The notes beneath the pieces were generated by a model. It did no database searches, was not told where the DNA came from, and saw nothing but the letters and a program-made list of their open reading frames with translations. DNA of 63,897 nucleotides, counting the filler, from Rhabdomonas costata (lineage: Eukaryota), in assembly GCA_019059605.1 (NCBI GenBank). It is 41 parts of 41 records of this genome, joined end to end, with 100 filler letters (N's around TTAATTAATTAA, not from the genome) between each part and the next. Parts side by side here need not be neighbours in the genome. Positions count along the whole stretch, not along the records: positions 53,081 to 54,541 come from JAHMHO010015367.1; positions 54,642 to 56,101 come from JAHMHO010015368.1; positions 56,202 to 57,657 come from JAHMHO010015369.1; positions 57,758 to 59,217 come from JAHMHO010015370.1; positions 59,318 to 60,777 come from JAHMHO010015371.1; positions 60,878 to 62,337 come from JAHMHO010015372.1; positions 62,438 to 63,897 come from JAHMHO010015373.1; 34 more parts are not named here. One strand, given 5' to 3'. Positions 53,323 through 63,897 of this stretch are shown here, one piece after another. Every line of letters begins with the position of its first letter. Within the stretch, counting starts at the first letter, position 1. A program made the position numbers and the translations under genes.

Positions 53323-54641
53323 CTGAGACACATGACACACTCAAACCACTCTCCAGACCCATGCCAGTCCAAACTTCAATCGTTTTACAAGGTCACAAAA
53401 AAGAAAAAATAATCTCGCCCTGAGCCATACCAACGTGCCGCATGGATTTCTATGCCACCAACCACAGACAAGTCCAAAACCAGAACACACAAAACGCATA
53501 CAACGTCTGTAATTCGCAATACCCTCACACTCATAACATTGGGGGACCACCGCAATCAGAATTCCGCGCAAAGCAACAGCCCTACATTATCCGGTGTTCA
53601 GCAGCATGAAGCAAGAATCAATGCATATAAAGCAAAATGCGGGAAGAAAAAAACGATCACTGCCTTCAAAAAAAGCATTTTTAGGGAGTGTGAACATAGG
53701 AGTCGCGAGACGAAACGCAGTGTCAAAAAAGTCCAAAAGCATAATCACAGAGGGCCAGTGCGTGGCAGGTATTGCGGAAAAGTTTTTAATTCACGAAAGG
53801 AGAACGAGGGGCACAGCGTAAAAATGGGCATACTGTTTGCTTTGAGGCTTTGCGTACCTTTTTCTGGGGTGTTTCACGTCCCATTTTGGATCCTTGCCAA
53901 GAAAGAGGGAAGGGCATTTTTTGCTTCTGCTTCGATGTAGGTGTGTGTGAGTGAGTGTGTGTGTTGACTGTGTCAGAAGCCGGGTTATATTGTCTGTTTC
54001 AGGTTGGGACAAACGTTTCCGAAAAAACCACCATTTGGACTAACATCGGTTTGGAGGGATGGGAGATTGCATTTTCTGTCGTATTGTCTAAGTGTGCCTT
54101 CATATCTGGCAATTTTCTTTTGTTTGGAATTGCATAGGTATATTAAGTTCCGTATTTTGCCCCTAAAAGAAATGGCGATATTTTGGAAAGTTTCCGAGAT
54201 TTTGCTTAAAATTTATGTGCTGCTAGTGATTGCGTGATGATAATTGAAAGACAATGCGCTTACAACGTGTAGTCTTAGTAGTTTTTGATGTTTTGCTGTT
54301 TGTGCCTTAAATTCTGCCTTTTGAGATGAAACGCGCCATATGATTTAAGCGTCGATATTCTTTCTTTGGGTCACTCCTCCCCAAATCCTCTAAGGCCGTG
54401 TGCCGTTCACCCGTCGAGAACCTATACCGCCCCACCTGGAAGCAGACAACAGGTCGACCTATTCCTTTGTGCGTGTGCGTGTGCGTGTGCTTACTGCCAT
54501 GGCTTCGGCACAGCTCACAGAACGGAAGCAAAACAACCTCANNNNNNNNNNNNNNNNNNNNNNNNNNNNNNNNNNNNNNNNNNNNTTAATTAATTAANNN
54601 NNNNNNNNNNNNNNNNNNNNNNNNNNNNNNNNNNNNNNNNN

Positions 54642-55526
54642 GAGACTGACCTTGCGGTGCTTGCAAACCTCTGTGGGCCCCAAGTGGAGGACCTTGAAGT
54701 CAGCTCTTGTCCCGACTTCAGTGACACCCACCTTATCTCGTTTCTACCTCTTGGGAGGAATCCATCCAGCAGTGCAGCAGTCCTTACCCGTGTGTCACTT
54801 TCTGGCACTGGGATCACCGATGAAGGGTTGCTCGCTCTGTCCCGCTGCGGCAGTTCCTTGCAGAGCCTGAACCTCTCTTTTTGCAGTGGTGTGACAGATA
54901 GGGGAGTCATGGCAATCGCTGCGAATTGCCCCCTCTTAACTCATCTTGACATGGGAAGATGTGGGTCCCTCACTGCTGGGGGCGTGTTGGCAGTAGTTCA
55001 GTCTCCCGCTGGTCCCAGGCTTCAGCGCCTCATCCTTACGCAGGCAGATCTCTCTCCGGCCTTACTGGAGACCTTGTCCACCAGATGTCAAGCTTTGCAC
55101 TACCTGGATCTTTCCCAAACCACGGGCAGCCCTGAGTGTCTTGATGGGATGGTGGCTCTCTTCCGGTGGTGCTCCTCTTTGGAAGAGCTTGTGCTGAAGT
55201 TCAGCAGCTTGGTGTCCATTGAACTCCTTAGCTGGCACGGAGGACTGTTTTCCAACACTTCTAGGTTGCGCGTGCTGGACCTCTCTTGCTGTGACGTTGT
55301 CCGTCTGCAGTGGCTGCGAGCAGCCTTCGCCATTGACGAAACCAGACCAATGGGAAGGGTTAGTACAACTGACATCCAGGAAGTCTCCCCTGATGCAATT
55401 CGCTTGCCACATTTGGAAGTGCTTCGCCTGTCGGGGTGCAGAAGTCTGACCCCGGACGAAGTCTCCGACCTCCGTACCCTTCTCTCCCAGCACCCGCTCC
55501 GTGCCACCGTTTGGATCAAGTGCTGA
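54642..55526 (+). CDS. Leucine-rich repeat protein (AMN1/FBXL cysteine-containing type), C-terminal exon
   Basis: Repeated LxxLxLsxC..ITDxG motifs over ~290 aa. Ends at TGA. Confidence 0.9.
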   Translation, partial: ETDLAVLANLCGPQVEDLEVSSCPDFSDTHLISFLPLGRNPSSSAAVLTRVSLSGTGITDEGLLALSRCGSSLQSLNLSFCSGVTDRGVMAIAANCPLLTHLDMGRCGSLTAGGVLAVVQSPAGPRLQRLILTQADLSPALLETLSTRCQALHYLDLSQTTGSPECLDGMVALFRWCSSLEELVLKFSSLVSIELLSWHGGLFSNTSRLRVLDLSCCDVVRLQWLRAAFAIDETRPMGRVSTTDIQEVSPDAIRLPHLEVLRLSGCRSLTPDEVSDLRTLLSQHPLRATVWIKC

Positions 55527-56389
55527 AGTTCCACCCCTGGGGGCTGTCGAGGTTTGCAGCTTGTGTGTTTGTGTTTATGTTTGTGCTTGTGTGTGTATGT
55601 GTGTTCCATTTGCACATTTACTTTTTCTCATGCTTGGGGGCTGCGGGGCCCCCCTATCCGAACCTTTTAAGCGAAGAAATGGTAGGCATCACACCAGCGG
55701 ACAATGCAGATGGTAACACAAGATTACGCTTCCATAACCATGCCTTGTCTGCCCGCGCGTCGTAGGCCGTGGTCTGTGCGAGGGACCTTCTCTTTGAAGA
55801 AGCCCTTGGTGCCGTTGTTTCCGCGAAGTTGATCAGCGAAAGCATTGAAGAATTTCCGTAAAGAAAATGCTTTGCTTGTCCTTGACCGCTTTTCTTCTGT
55901 GCTTTCAAGATTTCATTGCCGGGATGCACGGAGGCACCGTGGGAAATAGTTTCCGTGACTTTCTTTTTGTTCTGTGTTTTTATGGACCGCGAGCTTGGCC
56001 TTATATTCACATGCGCATTTTGCTTCAGGTCTCCCAGGTCCCGTCGAGGCATTCTCAGCGCAGCCAGCGGTCGACGCCCTCGGAGGTTTCATCGGCAGCT
56101 CNNNNNNNNNNNNNNNNNNNNNNNNNNNNNNNNNNNNNNNNNNNNTTAATTAATTAANNNNNNNNNNNNNNNNNNNNNNNNNNNNNNNNNNNNNNNNNNN
56201 NGTGTGGGGTGTGTGTGGGGTTGGGTTGCCGCACTTCCCTACGCCTTTTTCTTTTTAATATAAGTATGAATACACTTTTTCCGCCCCCAGAGAGACATGC
56301 CTTAATTTCAGGAGAGAGAGAGAGGGGGGGGGATTTAGCAGTGTTAACGGGCCCCCAACCGCACCAGAAAACAAGAGGTCCCGTGCCCG

Positions 56390-57074
56390 GCGCTCGCGCA
56401 GACGCGCACACACGCACCCATCGGCGCACACTGGTCACCAACTGAGCGTAAGTCACGGGCTTCCGCAGCACTTCGCTGACGGGGATCTCCCCAAACTCGT
56501 CTGTGGGGCCAGTCTCGCCGGCCAAACCCACTATCGGGGCCATCACCCGAAGCTCCCGCAGTTCGCGGGCCACAGCCGCAGCGCCCTCCCGGTCCACCGT
56601 AAGCTGAAGTCAAAGAAAGGGATGCCCTTAATACCCCAAAGGGATGCTTTGTTGTCTCCGCGTTCCCTTCTGTCGCCTGCTTCGCATACGCAGAGCCAAG
56701 AAGCGATTTTCCCTTCGAGCATGCACCTGCTGTGACGTCGCGCCGGAAGTAACGGGAACGCAAGTTTACACGCATATGTACACCACAGAAGAAAAATGAC
56801 ACCCCACAAAAACTATTGAAAGAGAAATTCTGAAGCCATCAACATTGCATCAACTGATAAACATACACACAGCTTTTCCATGACCGCAAGGGTTCGAATG
56901 GCGTCAAACTACAACAAGGTTTAGTGCGTAGACAAATGCACTGGAGGAGTGAGGGATGCCAAACGCGGTGCGTGTGGCACAATACGTCGAGAAAGATGAG
57001 GTCGTAGTGAAGGTTCGTGCTAGAGGACCGCGGGCGGCTACCCCGGTGGGCCCGCCCGCCGGAGCCCGTGCCCT
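56390..57074 (-). CDS. Response-regulator receiver domain, split by intron(s)
   Basis: HYDLIFLD|LTVDREGAAAVARELR..APIVGLAG..VLRKP retains the phospho-acceptor Asp and the KP motif. Confidence 0.75.
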
Positions 57075-58040
57075 GCGAGTGAGAAAAACAGAGCTCAAAC
57101 AACTGCTTCTGAGCATGGTCCGTCGGAGCCCGTCAGCTATCGAGGTGTATACCTCTGGACCTCTGGTTATGAGAGTCTGTTCCTGTCTTCTTCCGTAGCC
57201 AAACAAAAAGACTTTTTCTCTGTCTTGTGAGTGGTCCACCAGAGTCCACCCCACCAGAACGGGTTTTCGCCTTTGAATTACTCAGGTGCCAACCCAACCC
57301 GGCGGATGGTGCTCTCTGGTGGCGCTGTTGAGCAACCAGAGATGAAACATTAATGTTCGGCACTCCTTCTGGCAGATGGGCCCAAGATGGAAGTTATTTC
57401 TGGCGAAAGGGGTTAGGATACCTTGCCATGTGGGAGGGGGGGGCTTCGCCCGCGAAGTCCCCCCCCCCCAGCAACTTCCTGGGGTTAGGAAGTTATTTCT
57501 TCTCAGAATTTTGCAGGAAGATCGGTCTTCGTTGGATCACAATAAGGGCGAGTTTGTACGCAAGCAGCGCCTTTGGGGGAAGCTCAGGTTCCGTCTCCAC
57601 GCACGACGGAACTGAGCACGGACGCCTCAAAACCTTCTTGAGAGGACGTGTCGGGGCNNNNNNNNNNNNNNNNNNNNNNNNNNNNNNNNNNNNNNNNNNN
57701 NTTAATTAATTAANNNNNNNNNNNNNNNNNNNNNNNNNNNNNNNNNNNNNNNNNNNNGTGTTTTGTACCTTGAGGATGTGTCCTGTTCCTTATTTTTCCA
57801 CCCTTCTTCTCACTTTGGGATTTCGCGGGCCATTTATGGACATGATATCTAAGAACCTTTTCTTAGGTTTGATGCTGGAACGTCTTTGTCTGCAATTAGC
57901 TTGTGGGTGACATAGAGTTTCCACTTCCATTGCGTTGGATCCACAAAAACATTGGCATCCGCGAAAATCTCCACCTCGCTCCTCTTCTTTTTCGCTTTTT
58001 GCATGGTTATTCTCTTCATTGGACTTATATTTTGTCACAG

Positions 58041-59176
58041 CCTGTGCGCTGGACTTTGGCGGGGCCTTTGGGATGATGTGGCTGCCCGACCGCACACTGA
58101 GCTTCCCCAACCCCGCCACGGGGGGACTGAACTGCCCTCTGACCTACACCGCGTCCCTCCTGCTTTCCACCCCGAACTACACCCTCTCCGTCTGCTCCCG
58201 CCCTGCCACCACGCAGCCCTTCTTCGACTTCGGCGGGCTGACCTCAACCGGCACCATGGCCACCGCGGGGAACCCCTTGGTGGGCACCCCGGGCTGCCCC
58301 GTGGGGTACCAGGCCATCACTGCTCTGGGCGGGGACCTCGCTGCGGTGGCCTGTGTGAGGCCTCACATGCAAGAGGACGCGTGCTTCGGGGGACTCTTCG
58401 CTGTGGGCCAGGGCACCAACCCGGCCACCGAGGACCACTCCTGCCCCGAGGGCTACACTACTGCCCTGGCCCTGGCGGGGCCCTCGGGGGGCGTGTACAT
58501 GTGTTACAAGACAGGTGGGCGCACCTGCCTTTTATTCAGGGAGGGATTTCGCGAGAGGTCCAAATGTGGCGTGTTTCATCAGTATGTTCCCCCGCAAACA
58601 TCGAATTTCGAAACTCTAAAGAGAAGGAAGTAAATAAACAGTTTTCTTCAATGGCTTCAACGGAGCCACTGTCAGCAAAATATGCGGGATTCTCGGAAGC
58701 ATAGCTGCTTTTCTGGTATAAAAACGGCACCAATTTCACTCATCCAAATTCATCAGAAAACACCCACAGGCGTATTTCATTCAGACAATTAGTGCGAAAA
58801 ACGAATTTTCCCCTTCAAACCTTTGCTAATGTCTTCATTTTTTGGATGCGACTTTTCACATCTCAGTACGGGCAGTATCATTTCCAAGCAATAACCAAAG
58901 TCAGAAAAAGCGCAACAAGGCTCAAAAAGAATTTTGCACACATATATGCTCGAGGTCCGAAAGCACTTTTTTCGGAAGGAACCTGGGGGTCGAATTTTAT
59001 GCAAACTTCTTAATGAATTGTGCCTAGTTTTCTGCATGTCGGACTCCCCCATTTCTCCATCTCTCTTGCAGGATACTGCGGGAACGGCCAGGTAGATGCG
59101 GGGGAGTCCTGCGATCCACCTTCCCCCTGCTGCGACAGCCGCTGCCAGATTAAGCCATCAGCGACACAATGCCGGG
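58041..59176 (+). CDS. Cys-rich protein: three FGG..NP.T..CP.GY repeats (58041-58514) spliced to a disintegrin-like module (59072-59176)
   Basis: A phase-1 GT-AG intron joins ...YMCYKT|G to YCGNGQVDAGESCDPPSPCCDSRCQIKPSATQCR. Confidence 0.8.
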
Positions 59177-62100
59177 GTGTGCCTGCGTCCCCCCCCCCCC
59201 TCACTCACTCTTTCGGTNNNNNNNNNNNNNNNNNNNNNNNNNNNNNNNNNNNNNNNNNNNNTTAATTAATTAANNNNNNNNNNNNNNNNNNNNNNNNNNN
59301 NNNNNNNNNNNNNNNNNCTCCATGCTCCTCTGCCACCCCGCGCCCGGCACGCACATGAAGTCCAGCTTTTCACATTCGTTATTAGTATAATCCACGTCCA
59401 CGCGTCTATCTAACCTCACAACACTTCTGCTGCAGGACCCGAGCCTATCCACTGGTCAGGAAGCGCATCTCTGCTGTCGAGCGCACCCCCCCCCGAAGCG
59501 CATCAGAATCACGACTAGCCACTTTGCAATACCTGCTCTTTGTAATCAGTTTATCGGCTGGTGCGCGAAGAGCCGATTGTTTTTTCTGTGAGAGTTTGGC
59601 ATTCGGGCAATTGGAGCCTCCCTCCCTGGTTTCCGTTGGGTCCAGGTGAGCGTATTAGTCCAAGCAAGGGGGTATTGTCACAGACCCCCATACAGCTCAG
59701 GTGGGCGATCAGGAATGTATAGCACGTGCCCCCGGGCTATCTTGCTTTTGTGGAGGTTTCTGCGTGCAAAAGGGGCGCGTCCAAAATAAAATTATGCCCA
59801 CTGCACAGCATTTCCCTTCTCCGCCTCCACCCAATATGGATGACGGAAAAGCCAAGTCAAACTTGGGGAACGAGGTGGCGGATGAAACAAAGTGGGGAGA
59901 GTAAGTGAAGAACAAAAAAAACCCGCTCAGTTTAACCTTACAAATGCGATGATTTGGTTCTGATTGGCTTTTTTTGCGGAAAGGTTCCCATTTCCGCTCC
60001 CCAGCGCGTCACACCAGCACTGCTGCTGGTGGTGGAAAAAGGAAGGAAGAGGAAAAAGGAAAAAGTACATCCCCCTCATGGTTCACTGCCCCCCAGCCCT
60101 TCCAAAAACAACTCTGAAAAAAAAGTTGTACACACTTTCCCAAAACCAAATCTCCGTGCCAACCCGGCAAAGGTGAAATGGAAACGGGAAAGAAAACAGT
60201 AAACGGTCAACGGCGATGAGCAAAGGAAACGCAAAGCTGGCACAAAACGTCCCGTGACAGGTACATCTGCATGATCACGAAGACGCTACAATTCCACCTG
60301 ATACAAATACAGGCTATTGTATTCGAGGAAGTCTCTGAGAGTGTCTCCGAGAGCGTATTTGAGAGAGTTTCCAGTTATGGGCATGATATTGGTGACATGC
60401 CTTCGAAAGAAACCACAAGCACCGTAATTTCCCCGCCAGGTGCTCTCTCCCTTGTGAGCGTGCGTGTGCGAGTATGCAGAGAGGGCATCCGCCTTCCAAA
60501 GTTTACAAAGGCGGTAATGTATGAAATTACCGGAGAAAACCACGCACGGAAGACGCTCAGCAAACGGCAGGAAAGCTTCGTGACTTTACGCCTTGCAGGC
60601 AGGCCCCGTGCAACCATGCACCACCCACACCGCATTGCCACCATGAAAAGCTTGCAACACAGCACAAGGGGAACAAAGAAAGCGTGTGAACGTGTGAAGG
60701 TAAAATCAACAGGGAACAAAAAACAGCCGGCGACCCGGCTATCTCTCTCCTCCTCCTCCCAAGTCACAGTGAGGTGANNNNNNNNNNNNNNNNNNNNNNN
60801 NNNNNNNNNNNNNNNNNNNNNTTAATTAATTAANNNNNNNNNNNNNNNNNNNNNNNNNNNNNNNNNNNNNNNNNNNNAAAATAGAGTTTGGCAGACGTGA
60901 TTTGTGCCCTTCGAACCAAAAAGCCTGTTTGTGACGCAGCAGGACTTTTGGGAGGGGCACTAGGTCTTCATAAGCGGGAAAAAATTCGCGGTATTGGTGC
61001 GAAGTAATGTTTAGCCTCAGCGATCAATGGATACAAAAACGGGCGAAAGGCGATCACAATAAACACACCCCAGAAAGCGCTGGATAGAAGGCAGTCTGAC
61101 GCCAGTCCAGCATGCGATCCACCCTGAGCGACAGAAACACCCATTCGCAGAAAGGCAGCACATCGGAAGGCATTCGGACAACTCCGCTGACATATTCGCT
61201 TCGGGTGTTCTGCCCAGCCTTAGCAGTTGAAAATGAGCCCCAAATGAAGCCGGATGGCAGTCGTTAAATACAGTATGTGCACATTGTTGCTGTGCTTTTG
61301 TTTTTCCGCTGTGAAGGTCGAAACATTCGCCTTCCACCCTCCAAGAAACAATGTCGGTCCAGAAGCAGCGGGAAGAAGCCATTTGCATTCCACCCCCGGC
61401 TTGGGGTCGTACCCATCGTCGCCAATATGTGTTCATCGGCACCGTTGCTATCACAAGTCAGAGTGAGCCATCGCATGCCCAGACCGGCCCGAACTGGACT
61501 CTAGCTTCGGTCCCAACCCTCTCTCGCATAAAAAAGCAAAGGCACCGATTTGCACCCAGAAAATCGCTGGCCAACCAATCCCCACATGGCTGAACGGAAG
61601 AAAAGCAGTCCTGTGCTTCCCAGCTTCAGACAAACGCGGTCCTCCACGACACACTGCACAGGCAACCACCGCGCAGTCATGTGTTTCGGAGTGGAGGGTT
61701 CCAACTCATGCACACAAAAACGCATCCTATGCCACCACACAGCTTTTCCACCACCACAACTGCGAAGAAACAGAAACAGAAAGTTTGCCAATGCCCTTCC
61801 GAGCGCAATTTCCCAACCCAACCCAGGTGCAGCTAAATAGCAACGCCGTTGGAAACCAACGAGGCATCCAACAAGGGCCAAGACAGCGAACAATCCTATG
61901 ACTTGGGGATATGGAACCGGTGAAAAAACGCTGGCTGACAAGCAGGCAATATTCACAATAATTGTCATCCCGATTGTCTTTCGTTTTTACAACGTTGTAT
62001 TTTTATTTTTACAGTTTTATCTCTTGAAATTCACGAGTTCCCCAACAATGAATGCGCCTTCAATTACAGCCAACCAACCGGGGCACCTCAGTTGAATAGT

Positions 62101-62437
62101 GCCCTTCGCCGCACGCGGGCTCTCGGCGGGTAGGGCCCCACTAAGCACTGGATACAGGAGCATCGCAACCCAGCAGCCCAAGCTATTCTCCGTTGCCCAG
62201 CGACGAGCTCACACACGCCATCCATTGCTTTAGAAACGTTGTTCGCTAGTGGCTTTCGCTTAAACTCACTCTCCTGCCCCCTCAGGCGAAAACCTGGCTC
62301 GCTCCTGGGGATCCGAGGGGTACCGGCGCGCCGAGCTNNNNNNNNNNNNNNNNNNNNNNNNNNNNNNNNNNNNNNNNNNNNTTAATTAATTAANNNNNNN
62401 NNNNNNNNNNNNNNNNNNNNNNNNNNNNNNNNNNNNN

Positions 62438-63747
62438 CCCCCTGAAGAAGTGGTGTGTGTATGTCCGTGGGAGCAAAGGGGCATGCCGTAAGGGAGTTCC
62501 CACAGCGATCCGCGAACTTGTGGCCCATGCTGAGCCAGTCCTTCTCCACCAGAGTGGCGAAGCCGCGGAAGGTGCGGTAGAAGGGGTCCAGCAGCAGCTG
62601 CGCCACGCTGCACAGCTGAGTGGTGCGGTCCCAGCCATCGCTGCAGTGCACCAGTACACTGCTGCCACCACCGCTGCCCCCGAGGCTCCCAAAGAAGGAG
62701 CCCGTGGGGGAGGTGGTGGTGGGAGTGGGGCTCAAGGCATCCACGATCTGCAGGCCGGCAGTCAGGATGGACCTGCGACAGCACCCAAACGCTCGCCCCC
62801 AGTACTTCAATAAGCACCTGAAGCACGCAACCGAACACACACAGCAACTTCAGAAAAAGGAAATAATCCAAAAAATCCGATTTTGGACCAACCAGGTGAC
62901 CCCTCGTTTCGATTTCTCCAAGGGGACATCCAGAGCTGGCATTCTTGGCAGATTGACTGAAGTCCATTTAAAGACGTCCCCAACCCCCCAAAAAGGACTT
63001 CCGCAACAAGACACTAAATCGCTGCTTGCTCACCAACAGCCCCACCTCACAGGATCCTTGCAGATTCTCTGGGGGACGAAGGGATGGGGGGTAGAGTGTC
63101 GGTCACCTGACGTGCTCCAGCCACTGCGAGGCCTCCAGAGCGGACAGGTAGTGCATTTCTCCCCAGGGCCGACCGTCGTCCCGGCATCGCGCCAGCACAC
63201 TGCGGAGCTTCTCTAGGGAGTCCCGCATCGCGTGTACGTTGGGGATCCCTGTGTACACCCCCGCACCACCCTGGAGTCCGCAGACCAATGGATGTTCCCT
63301 TTGGTGGCAGCCATGATGGTCGAGAAGAAGATAGCGGACAGCCGATAGCGCCCAAAGGGGCGAATACGGTCGGGGTCAGTGGTTGAAAGATGACCCTTGA
63401 TCATCATGAAGAGTCGCTGGGCATGGGCAGAAGGGCGTTTCTGATTAGTTCCACTCAGAGTAGAGTCCCCAACATTTATAAATCCACATCACCCATTCCC
63501 TTTCCTTTAACCAAAGTATTATGGTTGTTGAGCTGGTACCTCTTGGATGCTTGCTGCCTACGCGCTACATGGGTGGCCATTCTCCCTCTGAGCCTCCCAA
63601 GAGCAAACACGGCCACCATGACACCCTAAACAGCATCTCCTGGAGAATGGGAAAGAGCCACAAACCACAGAACGTGACATGACACTTCTCGTAATGCGCC
63701 TCGCACTCGTACCCTGCTCCCATCGCCGTGTGCATCATAGCATTGAC
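62438..63747 (-). CDS. Myotubularin-family phosphoinositide phosphatase with intact catalytic motif; exons 63666-63747, 63107-63248, <62500-62772
   Basis: [42 protein letters not shown] and GHKFADR. Confidence 0.96.
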
Positions 63748-63897
63748 CTGCAACGCAAAGAACAGAGGCCCTAACACCCTAACACTACCTCCCCACACCA
63801 TCTCCATACGCACCGAATAGCTGCTGCCACTTCAGAACCCAATCACGCTGCCCAAAAAATCCCTGATCCAAAATCTGATCACAGCGCAACACAACCC

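Noticed and set aside
55680..55860. Protein-like reading through the TAG at ~55763
   Set aside because: Best explained as a TAG acceptor preceding the exon AVVCARDLL...
57560..57657. Second possible in-frame TGA (GDGT*ASPKALL, minus strand)
   Set aside because: No homology anchors the frame, and a plausible GTGCGT donor lies before the TGA.

Overview
This window is not a contiguous locus. It is 41 short contigs (~1.46 kb each) joined by a 100-nt artificial spacer (44 N + TTAATTAATTAA + 44 N). Most contigs start with G/T-only and end with A/C-only bases, which suggests degenerate G/T-primed whole-genome amplification of a single cell or low-input sample. The DNA is from an intron-rich eukaryote with GC-rich exons. 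Very degenerate GT(T/G/C) donors, some GC donors, and pyrimidine-tract/AG sites just before start codons suggest a euglenid-like protist (inference). Recognisable gene fragments: UGGT, kinesin-13, a tandem-domain adenylate/UMP-CMP kinase, a DEP protein, a UBR-box protein, a PARP-like ADP-ribosyltransferase, a USP, glutamate-cysteine ligase, a mitochondrial carrier, a FUT10/11-like GT10 enzyme, F-box, thioredoxin, MAPKK, an ICMT/PEMT-family methyltransferase, an LRR protein, a receiver domain, myotubularin, 37-aa helical-repeat pseudogenes and a retroelement protease remnant. The strongest leads are (1) a perforin-2/MPEG1 P2-like triple repeat spliced to a disintegrin-like module, (2) an in-frame TGA at a homologous Trp position, (3) an H-Y-type ADP-ribosyltransferase, and (4) four long inverted repeats. 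Single-base oddities may be amplification or sequencing errors. Adjacency across spacers has no biological meaning.
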